NCBI GenBank assembly: GCA_951406725.2
Contig: OX597827.1
Coordinates: 58,652,001 to 58,716,000 of the forward strand
DNA length: 64,000 bases
DNA from: Octopus vulgaris
Taxonomy: Eukaryota
Direction of reading: 5' to 3'
Under the pieces are notes generated by a model that searched no databases, was not told where the DNA came from, and saw only the letters and a list, made by a program, of their open reading frames with translations. The translations under genes and the position numbers were made by a program. Numbering within the stretch: the stretch's first letter is position 1; every line of letters starts with the position of its first letter. Of this stretch, positions 1 to 13,970 are shown one piece after another.

Positions 1-359
1 ACCACCATTTCAGCCACCACCACCACCACCACCACCACCACCACCACCACCACCACCATTTCAGCCACCCCCACCACCGCCATGATGACCACCGTTACAG
101 CCACCTAAAACTCTGAATATTATATAAATTAATCAGAAAATTTTACGTCTTGAAAAATAGGTGAGGTTCACAGCATTCCGAAATGGAAGTTAATCGCAGA
201 GCGAACGACCGAAACCTGCCAAATGCCAAATCCCCCATCAAACCAAGTGCACATATTTAGTGTATAAATTGCCTCGTAATTTATCCGTAAGCTATTCAAT
301 GGCTGTTAATGGCTACTACAGGTTTTACCTGCGGAAGTGGATAGGTCGGTGGAGTCATC

Positions 360-990
360 TTTGATTCTCTCTCTCTCTCTATTACATACCTATTTCTCTT
401 TCGTTCTTTATCTCTCCCTTCCTTACTCTTTCTCTCTCTTTCATTCCCTCTCCCGTTCTCTCTCTCTCTTTCTCATTCTCTCTATCTCAGTTTCTCTCTC
501 TCACTCATTCTCTTTCTTTCCTTGTCTTTCTCTCCCTCTCTTTCTTTATCTCACTGTTCTTTGTCTCTCCTACTCTCTCTCTCTCTCTTTCCCTACCACT
601 CTTTCTCTCTCTTTCTCTCTCTCATTCTCTTTCTTTCCTTGTCTTTCTCTCCCTCTCTTTCTTTCTCTCACTGTTCTTTGTCTCTCCTACTCTCTCTGTC
701 TTTCCCTATCACTCTTTCTCTCTCTCATTCTCTTTCTTTCCCTGTCTTTCTCTCCCACTCTTTCTCTCTCTCACTGTTCTTTGTCTCTCCTACTCTCTCT
801 CTTTCCCTATAACTCTTTCTCTCTCTTCTTCTCTCTCTCTCTCATTCTGTTTCTATCCTTCTCCCTCTCTCTCTTTGTATCTCTTTGTCACTGTCTCTAT
901 CTGCCACTATCTCTTTATCTCACTCTTTTTCTTATCCTTTCTCTCTCTTTTTCCCTTCCCTCTCTCTCTGTCTGCCTCTCTCTCTTTTTC
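360..990. repeat. CT-rich low-complexity tract with a ~100-120 bp unit repeated about three times
   Basis: ctcattctctttctttcc(t/c)tgtctttctctcc...cactgttctttgtctctcctactctctct recurs at ~504, ~621 and ~724. Confidence 0.8.
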
Positions 991-1149
991 CTGTATGCAC
1001 AGCTACGATAACTGGAGACACCCATGAAAGGCTTTTAATGACGTCCGTTCGAATGAGTAAGGAAAGAAAAAAAAACAACAACTAGGAAACATAACTTGGA
1101 GGGCAGCGGTTAACTAGCAACGTAGTAATGGCGGGATTCGATAAGATAC

Positions 1150-1758
1150 GAACAGGCCGGTGCTAAGAAAAGTGGGGGCTGATTAGAAAATTGTCAAAAG
1201 CTGAAAAACTGAAAATGAATATCGCATTTAAAGACATTTTTCTAAAGTCATGGGTAAATCCGCTTGTCGCACGAAAAGATAAGAATCGTGTAGATATTTT
1301 TGCATGACGTAAAGGGTTTATCCTTTAGTACACTGCATTTTCTCTAGAATTGTCTCCCTTGCCACTGTCCTGTTACTACAGGGGAGAAAACTCATATGTT
1401 GACATGATGCGCCTACAGTGTGCTAAAGGTGAATTAATCATAGCATCCTCCACTCGAGCGTGTGCGAGGGGGGGTGTCTCTGTTGGCGCAGAGGGGAGTT
1501 TCTTGACGTGAGGATTTCTATTGGCGCGATGTTCACTCTTGGTGCGGGTGCATCTGTTGGTGCAGGGGTTTCTCTTGCAACGAGGATCTCTCTTGTCTCG
1601 GGAGTCTCTCTTCGTGCGGGGATCTCCGCTCTTGCCATGGAGGTTTCTCTTGGCATGAGAGTCTCTTTTGGCGCGGGGAATCCCTTTTGGCGCGAGGGTC
1701 TCTCTTGAGGAAGGGCCCAATTTGAATAAATCTGTCAAACTAGCTTAAAACCAGCCCT
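1150..1758 (+). mobile_element. hAT-like non-autonomous element with internal 18-bp minisatellite
   Basis: Ends caggccggtgc... / ...aaaaccagccct. About 13 copies of a gcgggg(a)tctctcttg-type unit at 1460-1710; homologous (inverted) to 4415-4530. The superfamily call is tentative. Confidence 0.5.
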
Positions 1759-2027
1759 ATATGCGAATGCCATACTTCGTGCAAGAAAAAACAATCTACG
1801 CTAATGAAGAGAAATTCTTATTTACACGATTAATCACGTGTAAAACAAAATATAAGTACACCTCATCTAGAGAGAGAGGGGGGAGTCCAGTGTAATCCAT
1901 AGGCAGGAGAGGTGTAGCTGAAGTGTAGAAAGTCCAGTAGAAGCTGGAGAGTGATGAGAGGAGACAGAATCAACGACCATTCTGTCCGGCCTTCGCCATG
2001 ATAGATCGCTACCCACTACACATTCTT

Positions 2028-2171
<144 letters not shown>

Positions 2172-2213
2172 TATACATACACATATATATAATATATATA
2201 ATATATTTTCTCT

Positions 2214-2587
2214 ATTCTTTTATTCTTTTACTTATCATTTGACTGCGGCCATGCTGGAGCACCGCCTTGAAGGGTTTTACTAGAACTTTTTTAAAGCCTT
2301 GTACCGATTCCATCGGTCTATTTTGCTGAACAGCTGAGCTATGAAGATGTAAACACACCCTCACCAGTTGTCAAACGGTGATGGGAAGACAAACACAGAC
2401 ACAAGGGCATACACACGCAGATATATACATAAATATATACGACGGGTTTCTTTCAGTTTCCGTCTACCAAATCCATCCACAAGGCTTTGGACGGCCCAAG
2501 GCTATAGTAGAAAACACTTGCCCAAGGTGCCACGCAGAGGGGCTGAACTCGGAACCAAGCTTCTTACTACACAGCCATGCCTGCACC
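2214..2587 (-). mobile_element. SINE family A (tRNA-like head, internal microsatellite, LINE-like tail)
   Basis: Reverse complement of the ggctgtgtggtaag...gaaactgaaagaa...gcggtgctccagcatggccgcagtc consensus seen in more than 10 copies in the window. Confidence 0.85.
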
Positions 2588-2631
2588 TATGTGTGTATAT
2601 ATATATATATATAAATATATATATATAAAAT

Positions 2632-2886
2632 ATAATAATAAATGCGCCCTTTTAAAGCCTAGCCAGGCTCATGGGTCCGGTTTCCCGATTTCAATGGCGT
2701 ATTTGTTCCCCAGCTGGACGGGACGCCAGTCCATCACAGCGTTACTCATATTTGCCAGCTGAGTGGACTGGAGCAACGTGAACTGAAGTGTTTTGCTCAA
2801 GAACACAACGCGTCGCCCGGTCCAGGAATCGAAACCACAATCTTACGATCATGGTGCTGACACGCTAACTACTAACCACGCGCCTC
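2632..2886 (-). mobile_element. SINE family C (tRNA head, V-SINE-like core)
   Basis: Near-identical inverted copy of 23248-23506; core gcgatggactggcgtcccgtccag; (ATT)n tail. Confidence 0.85.
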
Positions 2887-2896
2887 AACACACACA

Positions 2897-2954
<58 letters not shown>

Positions 2955-3166
2955 AATTTACACACACATGCATTTACACATATATACATACATGCATACG
3001 TACATACATATGCACACACACGCATTTATATATGTGATCAAATGAGAGAAAACTACTACACATACAAGCATACATATATAGTACAAATGCTGATCTCACA
3101 AGCCATAGATTTTCTTAGGCGTCAATCCTTTGAAAATGTTCACACTTATGTGTGTACGTCTCAGTG

Positions 3167-3200
<34 letters not shown>

Positions 3201-4199
3201 TGTATGTATGTATGTATGTATGTATGCATGCATGCATGTATGTATGTATGTATGTATGTATGTATGTGTGTGTGTGTGTGTCTGTCTGTCTGTCTGTCTG
3301 TCTGTATGTATGTATGTATGTATGTATGTATGTATGTATGTATGTATGTATGTATAAGTGAGTATATGTGTATGTACGCTTGTTGGTGCTTGTTTCTGTC
3401 CGTTTTTGCATGGATATAGATGTATTCATTTACCAGTGGCGGTGGGGACGGAACAGCTAATATCACTCCTTTCTTAGCGATTTCTCCCCCCACCTCTCCT
3501 TCTCCCCTCGTCTCCACCACCGGGAGACAGCCGTGAGACCTGCGAGTGATATTGCCTCGCAAATTGCGATGTTATGCTGGCCGAGTTGATGGAATCATCA
3601 GCTTCGGCCGTATTTGTTGACATATTTTGCATTAGAACGCTCGGTCAGGCAGATAAATTAAGAGCAATCAACGTTAGCAAAGCTACGTTTATGACAGTAA
3701 TTATCTCCCGTCAAACATTGAAACGCCACTAATTCTGGTAGCCTTAAAACTTAAATCTTCGACAACACGCCGGCCGTCACAACCGCTCGACTTGTACAGC
3801 GAAAGGCAAACCAAAATGGACGACGCCTCAGCCGACGACACACTGACCGATATATTGTCCAGCACGCCGATTGTTATTTAGTTAGAAGAGGAATAGATAG
3901 TTAAGTGCGGACTAAAATAACTAATACAGTGCCGGACCCGGACCTCTTATCCGGCTTCCAGAAATCCGAGAAGACTGCGTGATATCATGCAATAACTTGT
4001 ACTCTAGAGAGTAAACAGACCTTGCTTTAGAAGTTACTCTGCATACTTTTTAAGTGGATTTATAGAGATTAAACATAATCTGCTTTAGAAGTGTATTAAT
4101 CTGTACTTCTATCTGTTAAATTAAAGACGTGTTCTTTGCTTTTCTTCTTTTAATTTCCATCTTATAAATATTATATACATTATACACATGGTACAATAA

Positions 4200-5012
4200 G
4201 CAGAGGTGTAGCCATTTTCTAAAGTTGGAGGAAGCGGGAACATAAAAAATGGCACCGTGACATATAGCAAACAATTTTAAAATCATTTCTCTTATTTTAC
4301 GCGAAATATTTCATTAGTTATATTATACGTAATTGTATTCTACATTCATTAATTTCACATTTTAGTAACAGTAATTAACGTATGAAACTTACAACTTCTG
4401 ATCAAGCCATTTATACAGATTTGCTCAGATTGGGCCCCGCACCAAGAGAGGGTCCCGCGTCAAGAGAGGGTCCTGCGTCAAGAGAGGGTCCCGCGCACAC
4501 GTTTGAGCAGAGGACGCTATAATGAATTTTTAGTATCTCTTTGTGGCTACTGGTGGGGCCTCAATCCCTCAACGCTTTTTGCCTGGGACTGGTGTATTAC
4601 ACAAAACATATGGCACCGATATCCAACTTTTATAGAGTAAAGGGTCCCACTGACAATTCTCTAATTGGGCCCCGTACTGCCAAGCACCAGCCTTATAGGT
4701 AGCCAGAGTTTAAAAAATTCAGAAATATAATTTTAAAGTGTTTATGGTGTCATAGTGAGGATCTGATCAATGATTTTGCAATTAAAAAACTGTATTTGTA
4801 ATCTTTTCAAATATAAATGAAGTGGATGTGTACAAAAATAAAACATTATTTTCCATTTTACTGTTAGCTTTGTTTCATTTTGAAAACTAAAAAATTATTT
4901 TATGGTTTAATATTGTTTAATTTTTGAATTACATATATCGGTGTGTGTGTGTGTGGAGGGGACCACAGTCTTTTTAATGTTTTGGGCCTCTAATGGGTCT
5001 TAATCCAGCCCT
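4200..5012. mobile_element. Cluster of hAT-like MITE fragments (gggcccc subterminal motifs, 18-bp repeats)
   Basis: caagagagggtcc(c/t)gcg x3 at 4443-4496; gggcccc motifs; ends ...cttaatccagccct. Confidence 0.45.
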
Positions 5013-5389
5013 CCTTCCATCTCTCAAGAACCACATCCGGAAGGCTGACCCTTTCGCTTCTGGACTAAAAAATGCTAAAGCCCCTGACAATTACGACACT
5101 TTTATATGAAGCTAATACTCCTCAATGGATTATTGCTCTTTCACTTACGCCAGTGCATCTGGATCGCATGCATCGAAAGGACATATGTTTGGGACATATT
5201 GGACCAGTTTAGTTTTCACGACAGTTTGCCATGGAGGAAATTCTCGTTTCAGGCAATAGGTGTCAAAACATCAGCAGTCCGATTTTCTACCACATTCACC
5301 AACTCCACTCGTATCAACACCACTAAGAAGACAGCTTCCTGACTACAGCCACCAACACTACCACCAACACCAACGCGATGAAAATTAAT

Positions 5390-5632
5390 TTAACCCGTTG
5401 AACAAGCGAGTACGCTTCAGCGGGCACGATTTCGTTTGACTATACATACCCACAGACCATGCAAAAGCGGATGACCACATAGTTTGGCGTTTACGGTCGA
5501 AATTAACGATGTTTCCGCCAAATAGCAAACGGAAAAGACAAAGCCATAGGGCTTTCTGATTTTGCATCTTACAGGGGTGCAATCAGACGAAATAGGGTCC
5601 GATAAAGCGTACTCACGGGTTCAAAAGATTAA
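5390..5632. mobile_element. piggyBac-like MITE
   Basis: TTAA-cccgttgaacaagcgagtacgctt ... aagcgtactcacgggttcaaaaga-TTAA: imperfect ~24-bp TIRs flanked by TTAA. Confidence 0.55.
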
Positions 5633-5999
5633 TGCGACCCCATGTCCCTTTGCCTGACCAAAAGCATTTTCATAAATATGTCTTAAATATCCATGCTTGT
5701 TTTCAGACTTTTAGTTATCCCTTGATTTATATGTTCTGAGTAATAAACAAAAATTTCCTTTCATAAGTTCCAAATTACTCTGGTGGTCGAAAAAACATTG
5801 AGATTGTGTCATATATGGCGCATTGACGATCAATGTCTGGTGGGTGAATTTGATCGATGGGAACTGTGTGGAAGGCTGTTGTACCTGTACAAACACACAC
5901 ACACTCGTACATATGTAAGTATGTATGTATGTATGTATGTATGTATGTATGTATGTATGTATGTATGTATGTATGCATGTATGTATGCATGTATGTATG

Positions 6000-6053
<54 letters not shown>

Positions 6054-6081
6054 CATGTATGTATGTATGTATGTATGTATG

Positions 6082-6630
6082 TCACTTTCGAGTGCTGCTG
6101 GTAACACGTAACCCAGTACTACCTGTTGCATGGTCGGGTCGTCGGCGACTAAACCGGCAACCCCACCAAGCTCGCTTGGTGAGGAGGGTGTTTATTGGTC
6201 ACCCTGCGAGATGAAAAACAAAACCCGTCAAAGGGCGGAGGAACTCTTGAGAGTCAACGGCCATCCAATAAATGTCTTAAAGCTGTATCATGTGCGGGGA
6301 CATAGAAATAATCGGATTGAATACCCGATCGCGCAGTTAAACCATTGGGAGTGAAGGACTCCTAGCCTTTGTCAGGGCATCCTTCTAGGAGAAGGCAACT
6401 CAGGTAACTGGGATAACTCCGACATAAAACCTGCGGGCCAGTGGTTACCGATGATGTTGACTTGTTCTTCTTTTCGGATTATGGCTGCTGTTGCTTAGTG
6501 AGTGGGATTGACTCAGTGCACAGCCTTTCCTCACTTAAAAAAATATCTTCTTGCACAGGCATTGCACGATAACGACATTGATTAAGCTTCGTGCAATGGC
6601 CATACTCGATAACGAGGGGGCAGCCACCAT
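6082..6630 (+). mobile_element. RTE-like LINE 5'-region-derived element inserted in (TATG)n
   Basis: Non-repetitive 550 bp between two (TATG)n tracts. Motifs ggcgactaaa, gaggagggt and ctaggagaaggcaactc resemble RTE 5' UTRs. Confidence 0.4.
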
Positions 6631-6651
6631 GTATGAATGTATGCATGCATG

Positions 6652-6685
<34 letters not shown>

Positions 6686-6843
6686 TGTATGTATGTATGT
6701 ATGTATGTATGCATGCATGTATGCATGTATGTATGTATGTATGTATGTATGTATGTATGTATGTATGTATGCATGCATGTATGCATGTATGTATGTATGT
6801 ATGTATGTATGTATGTATGTATGTATGTATGTATGTATGTATG

Positions 6844-7235
6844 TACACCAGGTCGAGTCAACAGCTTCTTCGTATTTCAGGCTTTAATAGTTCGAGTAAA
6901 TGCAAAAAGCGTGTGTTCATCAAAATATATCCCATCATACTCTATTGTCAGTTGCCATCGTTGAGCCAGAAACTCAATTCCACACTTATACCATTTGGCT
7001 GGTTTGGGGGCAAAAACTCCGTGTACCCGCTTTTAATCCCATCGACCTTGTTGACTTTACGTCTGTGCAGGAAATGGGCCATGGCTCAGAAAAGGTGATA
7101 ATCTGATAATGCAAGGTCCGGTTTGTAGGCAGGGTGGGGAAGTATCTCCGGTCCCTCTACTTCCTTAAGTTTGCGCTTGATCGCATTGGCAGTGTATGGT
7201 GGACTATTGGCATGCTGTAGGATTGCGCGTCTTCA
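6844..7235 (-). mobile_element. mariner transposase C-terminal remnant
   Basis: Minus-strand translation gives ...[19 protein letters not shown]... (YSPDLAPSDY motif) and ...[26 protein letters not shown], with stops/frameshifts. Confidence 0.8.
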
Positions 7236-7355
7236 AGTCAGTGCCCCAGCATGGCCGCAGTCGAATGACTGACACACGTAAAAGATAAAATATAGATATT
7301 TAGTGGCAGATTTTTAGAGTTTTGAGGTGGTGAAACAAAAACAATCCTGCCGACT

Positions 7356-7525
7356 GCGCAGGCGTGGCTGCGTGTTAAGAAGCTTGCTTTCCAACCACAT
7401 GGTTATGGGTTCAGTTCCACTACGTGGCACATTGGACGAGTATGTTCCATTCCAGCTTCGAGCCAACCAAAGCCTTGTGAGTGAATTTAGCAGAAGAAAA
7501 CTGAAAGAAGCCCATTGTATGCATC

Positions 7526-7564
<39 letters not shown>

Positions 7565-7806
7565 CTGTGTGATTGTGTGTCCTACACCGCTTAACAACCG
7601 GGGTCGGTTTGTTTACGTCCTTGTAATTTAGCGGTTCGGCAAAAGAAATCGATAGAATAAGTACCAGGCTTAACCAAAGACAAAAATGAGAAAAAAATTA
7701 GATAATAATAAATACTTGGGTCAATTCATTCGACTAGAAGTTCTTCGAGACGGTGCCCTAGTATAGCCGCAGTCTAATGACTGAAACATGTAAAAAAGAT
7801 AAGAAA
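7356..7806 (+). mobile_element. SINE family A, diverged copy
   Basis: gcgcaggcgtggctgcgtg...internal (TA)n...gcagtctaatgactgaaacatgtaaaa. Confidence 0.8.
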
Positions 7807-8289
7807 GTAAGTTACCTTTGGCTATCACTCTTTCGAGGTCGATAAAATTAGAATATTATTCGAGTTCTTGAGGTTGAGTGAATATTCCTATAAAGTATCA
7901 CAGACGAGAAACAGTTGTAATAACAAAAGAAAAGAAAAGAAAAGAACAAAACAAATCAAACGTAACAAAAAATACAAAAAAAACCCCAAAACAAAATGAA
8001 AATTGCCGTAATCTTTCACCAGCGAGAATTGAAATCTAAACGCAGGAGTTCAAAACCGAATGCAACGATATATTATTGTTCCATCCCAGCCCTCTGCTTA
8101 CCATCAACTATCCCCGTTCCTGCGTTTCCTCCTTCGTGTTCGCCTAATAATAACGATGATAATAAATCGCCGGAAAGGGTCTTCGTTTTAACCTTAAACG
8201 TGTTTTTCAACGGCACCGCCTCTATTACATTATTGTTTTTAATTCGTGTCTTAATCTTTCATCGAACTAACAGCGTTGGGGGCAATAAA

Positions 8290-8361
<72 letters not shown>

Positions 8362-8773
8362 AGGTGGTGGTGGTGGTGGTGGTTTTCGCAGAGACGGGTG
8401 AAAGCGAAGCCGGTCGGTGAAAGTGATGATGTTCAGAGGAGCATTGTAAATCGGTGATGTCGTTGGCAATGATGACGGCGGGGCGAATGGAAGCGAAAAA
8501 GAAGTAATGATTGCGGCGGCGGCAACAGTAAGGGTGACGGTTGTGGGCGTGATGGCGGCGGCGGTGGTGCTGATGGTGGTTGTGGCGGTGGTGGTAAGAT
8601 GATGGTGGTAAGACGATGGTGGTAAGACGATGGTGGTAAGACGATGGTGGTAGTGGTGGGTTAACGGTGATACGAAGTGCATCGGTTCAAGTAGCGTTAG
8701 GGACGATGAAAATCACTCCAAATTAGCCACTCTTTCTTTCTCCTCTATATCTACACAGTTCACACACATACAT

Positions 8774-8808
<35 letters not shown>

Positions 8809-8854
8809 CAAATATACATGCATACATACATGCACACATAAATGCATGCAAACA

Positions 8855-8915
<61 letters not shown>

Positions 8916-8960
8916 GTCTGTCTATCCATCTGTATGTCTGTCTGCCTGTACACAAATGTT

Positions 8961-9016
<56 letters not shown>

Positions 9017-9333
9017 ATGTATGTATGTATGTATGTATCCATTTTTGTTTACACACACATACATGTGTGTGTGTGTGTTTATATTCACATACACACACAT
9101 ATATGCATGTATGTATGGTATGTATGTATATTCTGCAAGCAAGGAACGTGACCAAGAACAATGTAAGAACAAAAACAACAACAACATGAATTGCGATGAC
9201 ATTCATATATGTAATGTTAAAACGTACAGTATGTTTTGCTGGGTGTTTGAGATGTCCTGTCAATTGTACAGTGGTCAACAAAAACAACAAAAACAACAAG
9301 ATGTTAATGATGATGAGGATGATGATGTTGTTG

Positions 9334-9379
<46 letters not shown>

Positions 9380-9777
9380 CAACAAGAACAATAATGAAAA
9401 ATATAAAAGTAAAGATAAGATATGAAACAAATAGAATAACAGACCAATAAAGAAATAAAAACAAATAGAAAAAAAAAGAAAAGAAAAACAATCATCAAAT
9501 CAAATCAAATAAAACAAATAATCTAAATGCCGGCCATTATTTCAAACCAAAACCAAAAGAAAAACAAAAAGAAAACAAGCGCAAGTCAAGAAAACAAGAT
9601 GGCTGTCCAAACAGTTTACGGCGTCCGGTTTTTATGAAGATTAATAGAGTATAATGGAGGTGTGAAATTAAAAGAAATTACACGATTTCAAGCGGGTAAG
9701 CTCAAGACCTTTATCACCTGACAGCAGCTTAAAGGCTTGAAATTTATTTATTGAGATGTTTTTCCAACCAGAATCAC

Positions 9778-9779
<2 letters not shown>

Positions 9780-9873
<94 letters not shown>

Positions 9874-9944
9874 TTTTTCTTTCTTTCTTCTTTGTCTTTC
9901 CTTTTGTTTTGACTTTTTCTCACTTTCTCTCATTCACTTTTCCC

Positions 9945-10005
<61 letters not shown>

Positions 10006-10169
10006 TCCTTCCTTCCTTCCTTCCTTCCTTCCTTCCTTCCTTCCTTTTTTCCTTCTTTCTTTCTTTCCTTTCTTCTTTCTTCTTCCTTTCCTTTCTTTCT
10101 CTCTTTTCTTCTTTTTCTTTCTCACTCTCTCACCCACCACCCATTCTTCCTTTCTTTCTTTCATTCTTT

Positions 10170-10217
<48 letters not shown>

Positions 10218-10320
10218 TCGCACGTTATCGCTGCTTTCCTCTTATTTCTCTCCTTTTTTTTTCTTTTTCTGGTTCTCTCGCTTTCTCTTTTCTTTTTTTC
10301 TTTTCCTTTTTTCTCTCTTC
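9780..10320. repeat. (CT)n/(CTTT)n/(CCTT)n polypyrimidine tract
   Basis: Directly visible. Confidence 0.95.
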
Positions 10321-10559
10321 TTTCTCCCTCTCACTCCCCATGTTGTCGACGTCGGCAAAACACAGTAGAAAAAGTGACAGAAAAGACAAAACTGAAATAG
10401 GACAGAGAAATACGCGCATGCACGCGTGTATATACGTGTGTGCGTGCGTGTGTGTGCCCGCGCGAAAACATACACATATTCAAAGAAAGAAAAGGAGAAA
10501 AACAGAGAGAGAGAGAGAGAGAGAGGGAAGAAGCTGGTAGGTGAGTGACCAATAGAGGT

Positions 10560-10686
10560 AATAACACTACAAATCCACTAAGCACAACAACACCAATACC
10601 AAGAACAATAATAATAATAATAGCAACGACACAATCACTACCAACACCAACACCACTAGCAATAACAGTAACAACATCTGTACTAC

Positions 10687-10740
<54 letters not shown>

Positions 10741-11097
10741 TATCATCATCATCACCATTTTCCCCATTTACATCACTACTCTCGCCACCACCACCACCAC
10801 CAACAAGAACAACAACAAAAACAGCAATAACAACACCAGCACCGACATCACAAGAATCAAGGAAGACAACGCCGCCGCCGCCGCCGTCGCTGGCGCCACC
10901 ACCAGCAACACCAATCACCACCGTCCAGCATCATAAGTATCATCAACACCATCATCAACCAGCCACCACCACCACCACCACCACCACCACCACCACCACC
11001 ACCACCACCACCACTACCACCACCACCACCACGACCACCAACACCACCGACCACCACGACCACCACGAACACGACCACCACCACGACCACGACCACC

Positions 11098-11132
<35 letters not shown>

Positions 11133-11892
11133 CACCACTACAACCCCCCCCCCCACTGCCGCCGCCGCCACCGCCGTCGTCTCTTCAACTTCATTACAAA
11201 CTTCCGAGATTATTAGAGGTCTTGCGATTAGTTCAACATTGCCTCACCAAGGTTTCTCAATTGAACGTTAAACGAATCGTTGTTGAAGTATTGCACCGTC
11301 ACCATCACCACCACCACCGCCACCTCTACCACTGCCACCACCACCACCACCACCACCACCATCCACTAACAACATCAGCAGCAGCAGCAACAACAACAAC
11401 AACAACTACAGAAAGAGCATCAATGACAAACATTACGACTAAAACGAACGTCATCATTTCCATCGCCACAACCACCACATCATCATCATCACCACCACCA
11501 CCACCACCACCACCACCATCACCACCACCATCGCCTCCACCATCACCCCGCCGCCGCCACCACCTCAATGGCAATGGCACAACAACCATGATCTATTTTT
11601 AAAGTGACCATCAACTCATATTTCATTATCAACACTGCCATCAGTACCACCACCACCAGCACCACCACAACCACCACCACCACCTGTACAGCCATCAACA
11701 TTAACACCGCTATCACCACCACCACCACCACCACCACCACCACCACCACCACCACCACCACCACCACCACCACCACCACCACCTTCCTCCACCACCACCA
11801 CCTTCACCTTCACCTTCACCCCCCCACCACCACGCAACGCCATCAACAAATATTACTGCAACCATCACCCTATCACTACCATCACCACTATC

Positions 11893-11923
<31 letters not shown>

Positions 11924-12185
11924 TCCACTCCAACGTTGTCGTCAGCGTCACTGAATTCTTCAGCAAGTTCTTTAACTCCAGCAAGACATTCTACTTCATC
12001 ATTAACTACAGCAACGGCAGCAGCAGTAGCAGCAACAGCACCGCCACCGTCAGCTTCATCATTGTCGTCGTCGTTATCATCATCCTCGTCGTCTTTATCA
12101 TCATCATCATCATCATCATCACCATCACCATCACCACCATCATCATCATCCTCATCATCATCATCATCACCATCACCATCACCAC

Positions 12186-12267
<82 letters not shown>

Positions 12268-12600
12268 GTCGTCATCACCATTATCCTCCTCCTCCTCCTC
12301 CTCCTCATCATCATCATCAATACTGACACCACCATCACCACCGTCACCATCACCGCCAACACCATCATCATTATGAATAACATCATCACCTAAAGTCGCC
12401 ACCTCTACCACCACCACTGCTGATATCATCAATCATCATCATTTCCCCATGACTACCACCACCACCAATATCATCATCAATCACCTCCACCAACTCTATC
12501 GCCATTCCCATCATCGTCACAATAATAATCACCGCCAGCATCATGTTTATGAACGTCAACACCACCACCACCACCACCAACACCAAACCACCTCCACCTC
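10560..12600. repeat. Mosaic trinucleotide low-complexity block (CAC/CAT/CAA)n
   Basis: Directly visible. Similar blocks at 1-105, 14110-14700, 28004-28220 and 34020-34640. Confidence 0.9.
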
Positions 12601-12833
12601 CACTTATTCCGTTTTGTTTATTTCGCCCCTCCTTATCTTTCCCTCTCTCTCTCTCTATTTCTGTCTATATCTTTTTCTTTCTCCCACTCTCTCTTTCTCT
12701 TTCTCTCTCTTTCTCCTCTACTCTCACTCCGCACCTCCACTCATTTATGTGGTTTCCATTTTCCCTGCCCTATAGTTATATCTCCAGCCACATCTCTCAA
12801 TATTCTCTCTTAAGCCCCACTCATTTTCTCTTG

Positions 12834-12908
<75 letters not shown>

Positions 12909-12974
12909 CTATCTATCTATTTGTCTATCTATCTATATTACATGTTCGCATACACACACACATCCACATACACT

Positions 12975-13008
<34 letters not shown>

Positions 13009-13350
13009 AACACTTTTCAATAAATGTCTTTTCGTAACCTCTCTGATTCTCTTCCATTTAACTTAACTCTTCTGTCAGCTTCTCTTTTACTCTCTTTCTC
13101 TCCCCCCTCTCTCTCTCTCTACATCTGATGCTCTCTTTCTATCAACGTCTCTACATATAGATTCTTCTCTTCCTCCTTCCCTTCCTCTTCCTCTTTCTCG
13201 TCTTCTTTTCATTCCTTCCTCACCGTCTTTTACTCCACTTTACTCCACTCAACATCTTTCATTTTCCTTACCCTCTTACTCTAACCCATTCCCAAACTCA
13301 TCTCCACTCAATTCATCTCCACTCAATTCATCTTCACTCATTTCCTCTCA

Positions 13351-13425
<75 letters not shown>

Positions 13426-13469
13426 TCCCCCCTCTCTCTCTATGTCCCTCACGCGCGCACACGCACACA

Positions 13470-13700
13470 CATGTTCTACTCATCTCTTCCCTCTCCTACA
13501 CTACATACATTTTCTCTGCTCCCTCCTCTCTCGCCCTCTGACCCCCACTCAAGTTTATTCATTCATTTATCCTCCTTCACTCATCAGTCAGTCCTCTCTC
13601 TTCCACTTCCTCTACTCACATGTCCTTTTCCTCTTATTCCACCATATTCACAACCCTCACTCATATCCCACAACTCCAGCCTCTACTCAAAGCTTCACTC

Positions 13701-13737
<37 letters not shown>

Positions 13738-13970
13738 CTACTCATCTCTTCCCTCTCCTACACTACATACATTTTCTCTGCTCCCTCCTCTCTCGCCCAC
13801 TGACCCCCACTCAAGTTTATTCATTCATTTATCCTTCTTCACTCATCAGTCAGTCCCCTCTCTTCCACTTCCTCTACTCACATGTCCTTTTTCTCTTATT
13901 CCACCACATTTACAATTTACAACCCTCACTCATATCCCACAACTCCAGCCTCTACTCAAAGCTTCACTCA
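13470..13970. repeat. Local direct duplication, ~230-bp unit x2 separated by (CA)n
   Basis: gttctactcatctcttccctctcctacactac...ctctactcaaagcttcactca at ~13474-13701 and ~13735-13970. Confidence 0.9.

Noticed and set aside
1460-1710. Regularly spaced short repeats resembling a CRISPR array
   Set aside because: Head-to-tail 18-bp minisatellite without unique spacers, in a eukaryotic context with no cas genes.
10545-12432. Long Thr/Ser/Pro/His (plus) and Asp-rich (minus) ORFs, including a GFSIER eh1-like string near 11250
   Set aside because: Trinucleotide mosaics are open in several frames on both strands, and the eh1-like string is immediately followed by a stop. A hidden low-complexity exon cannot be excluded but is unsupported.
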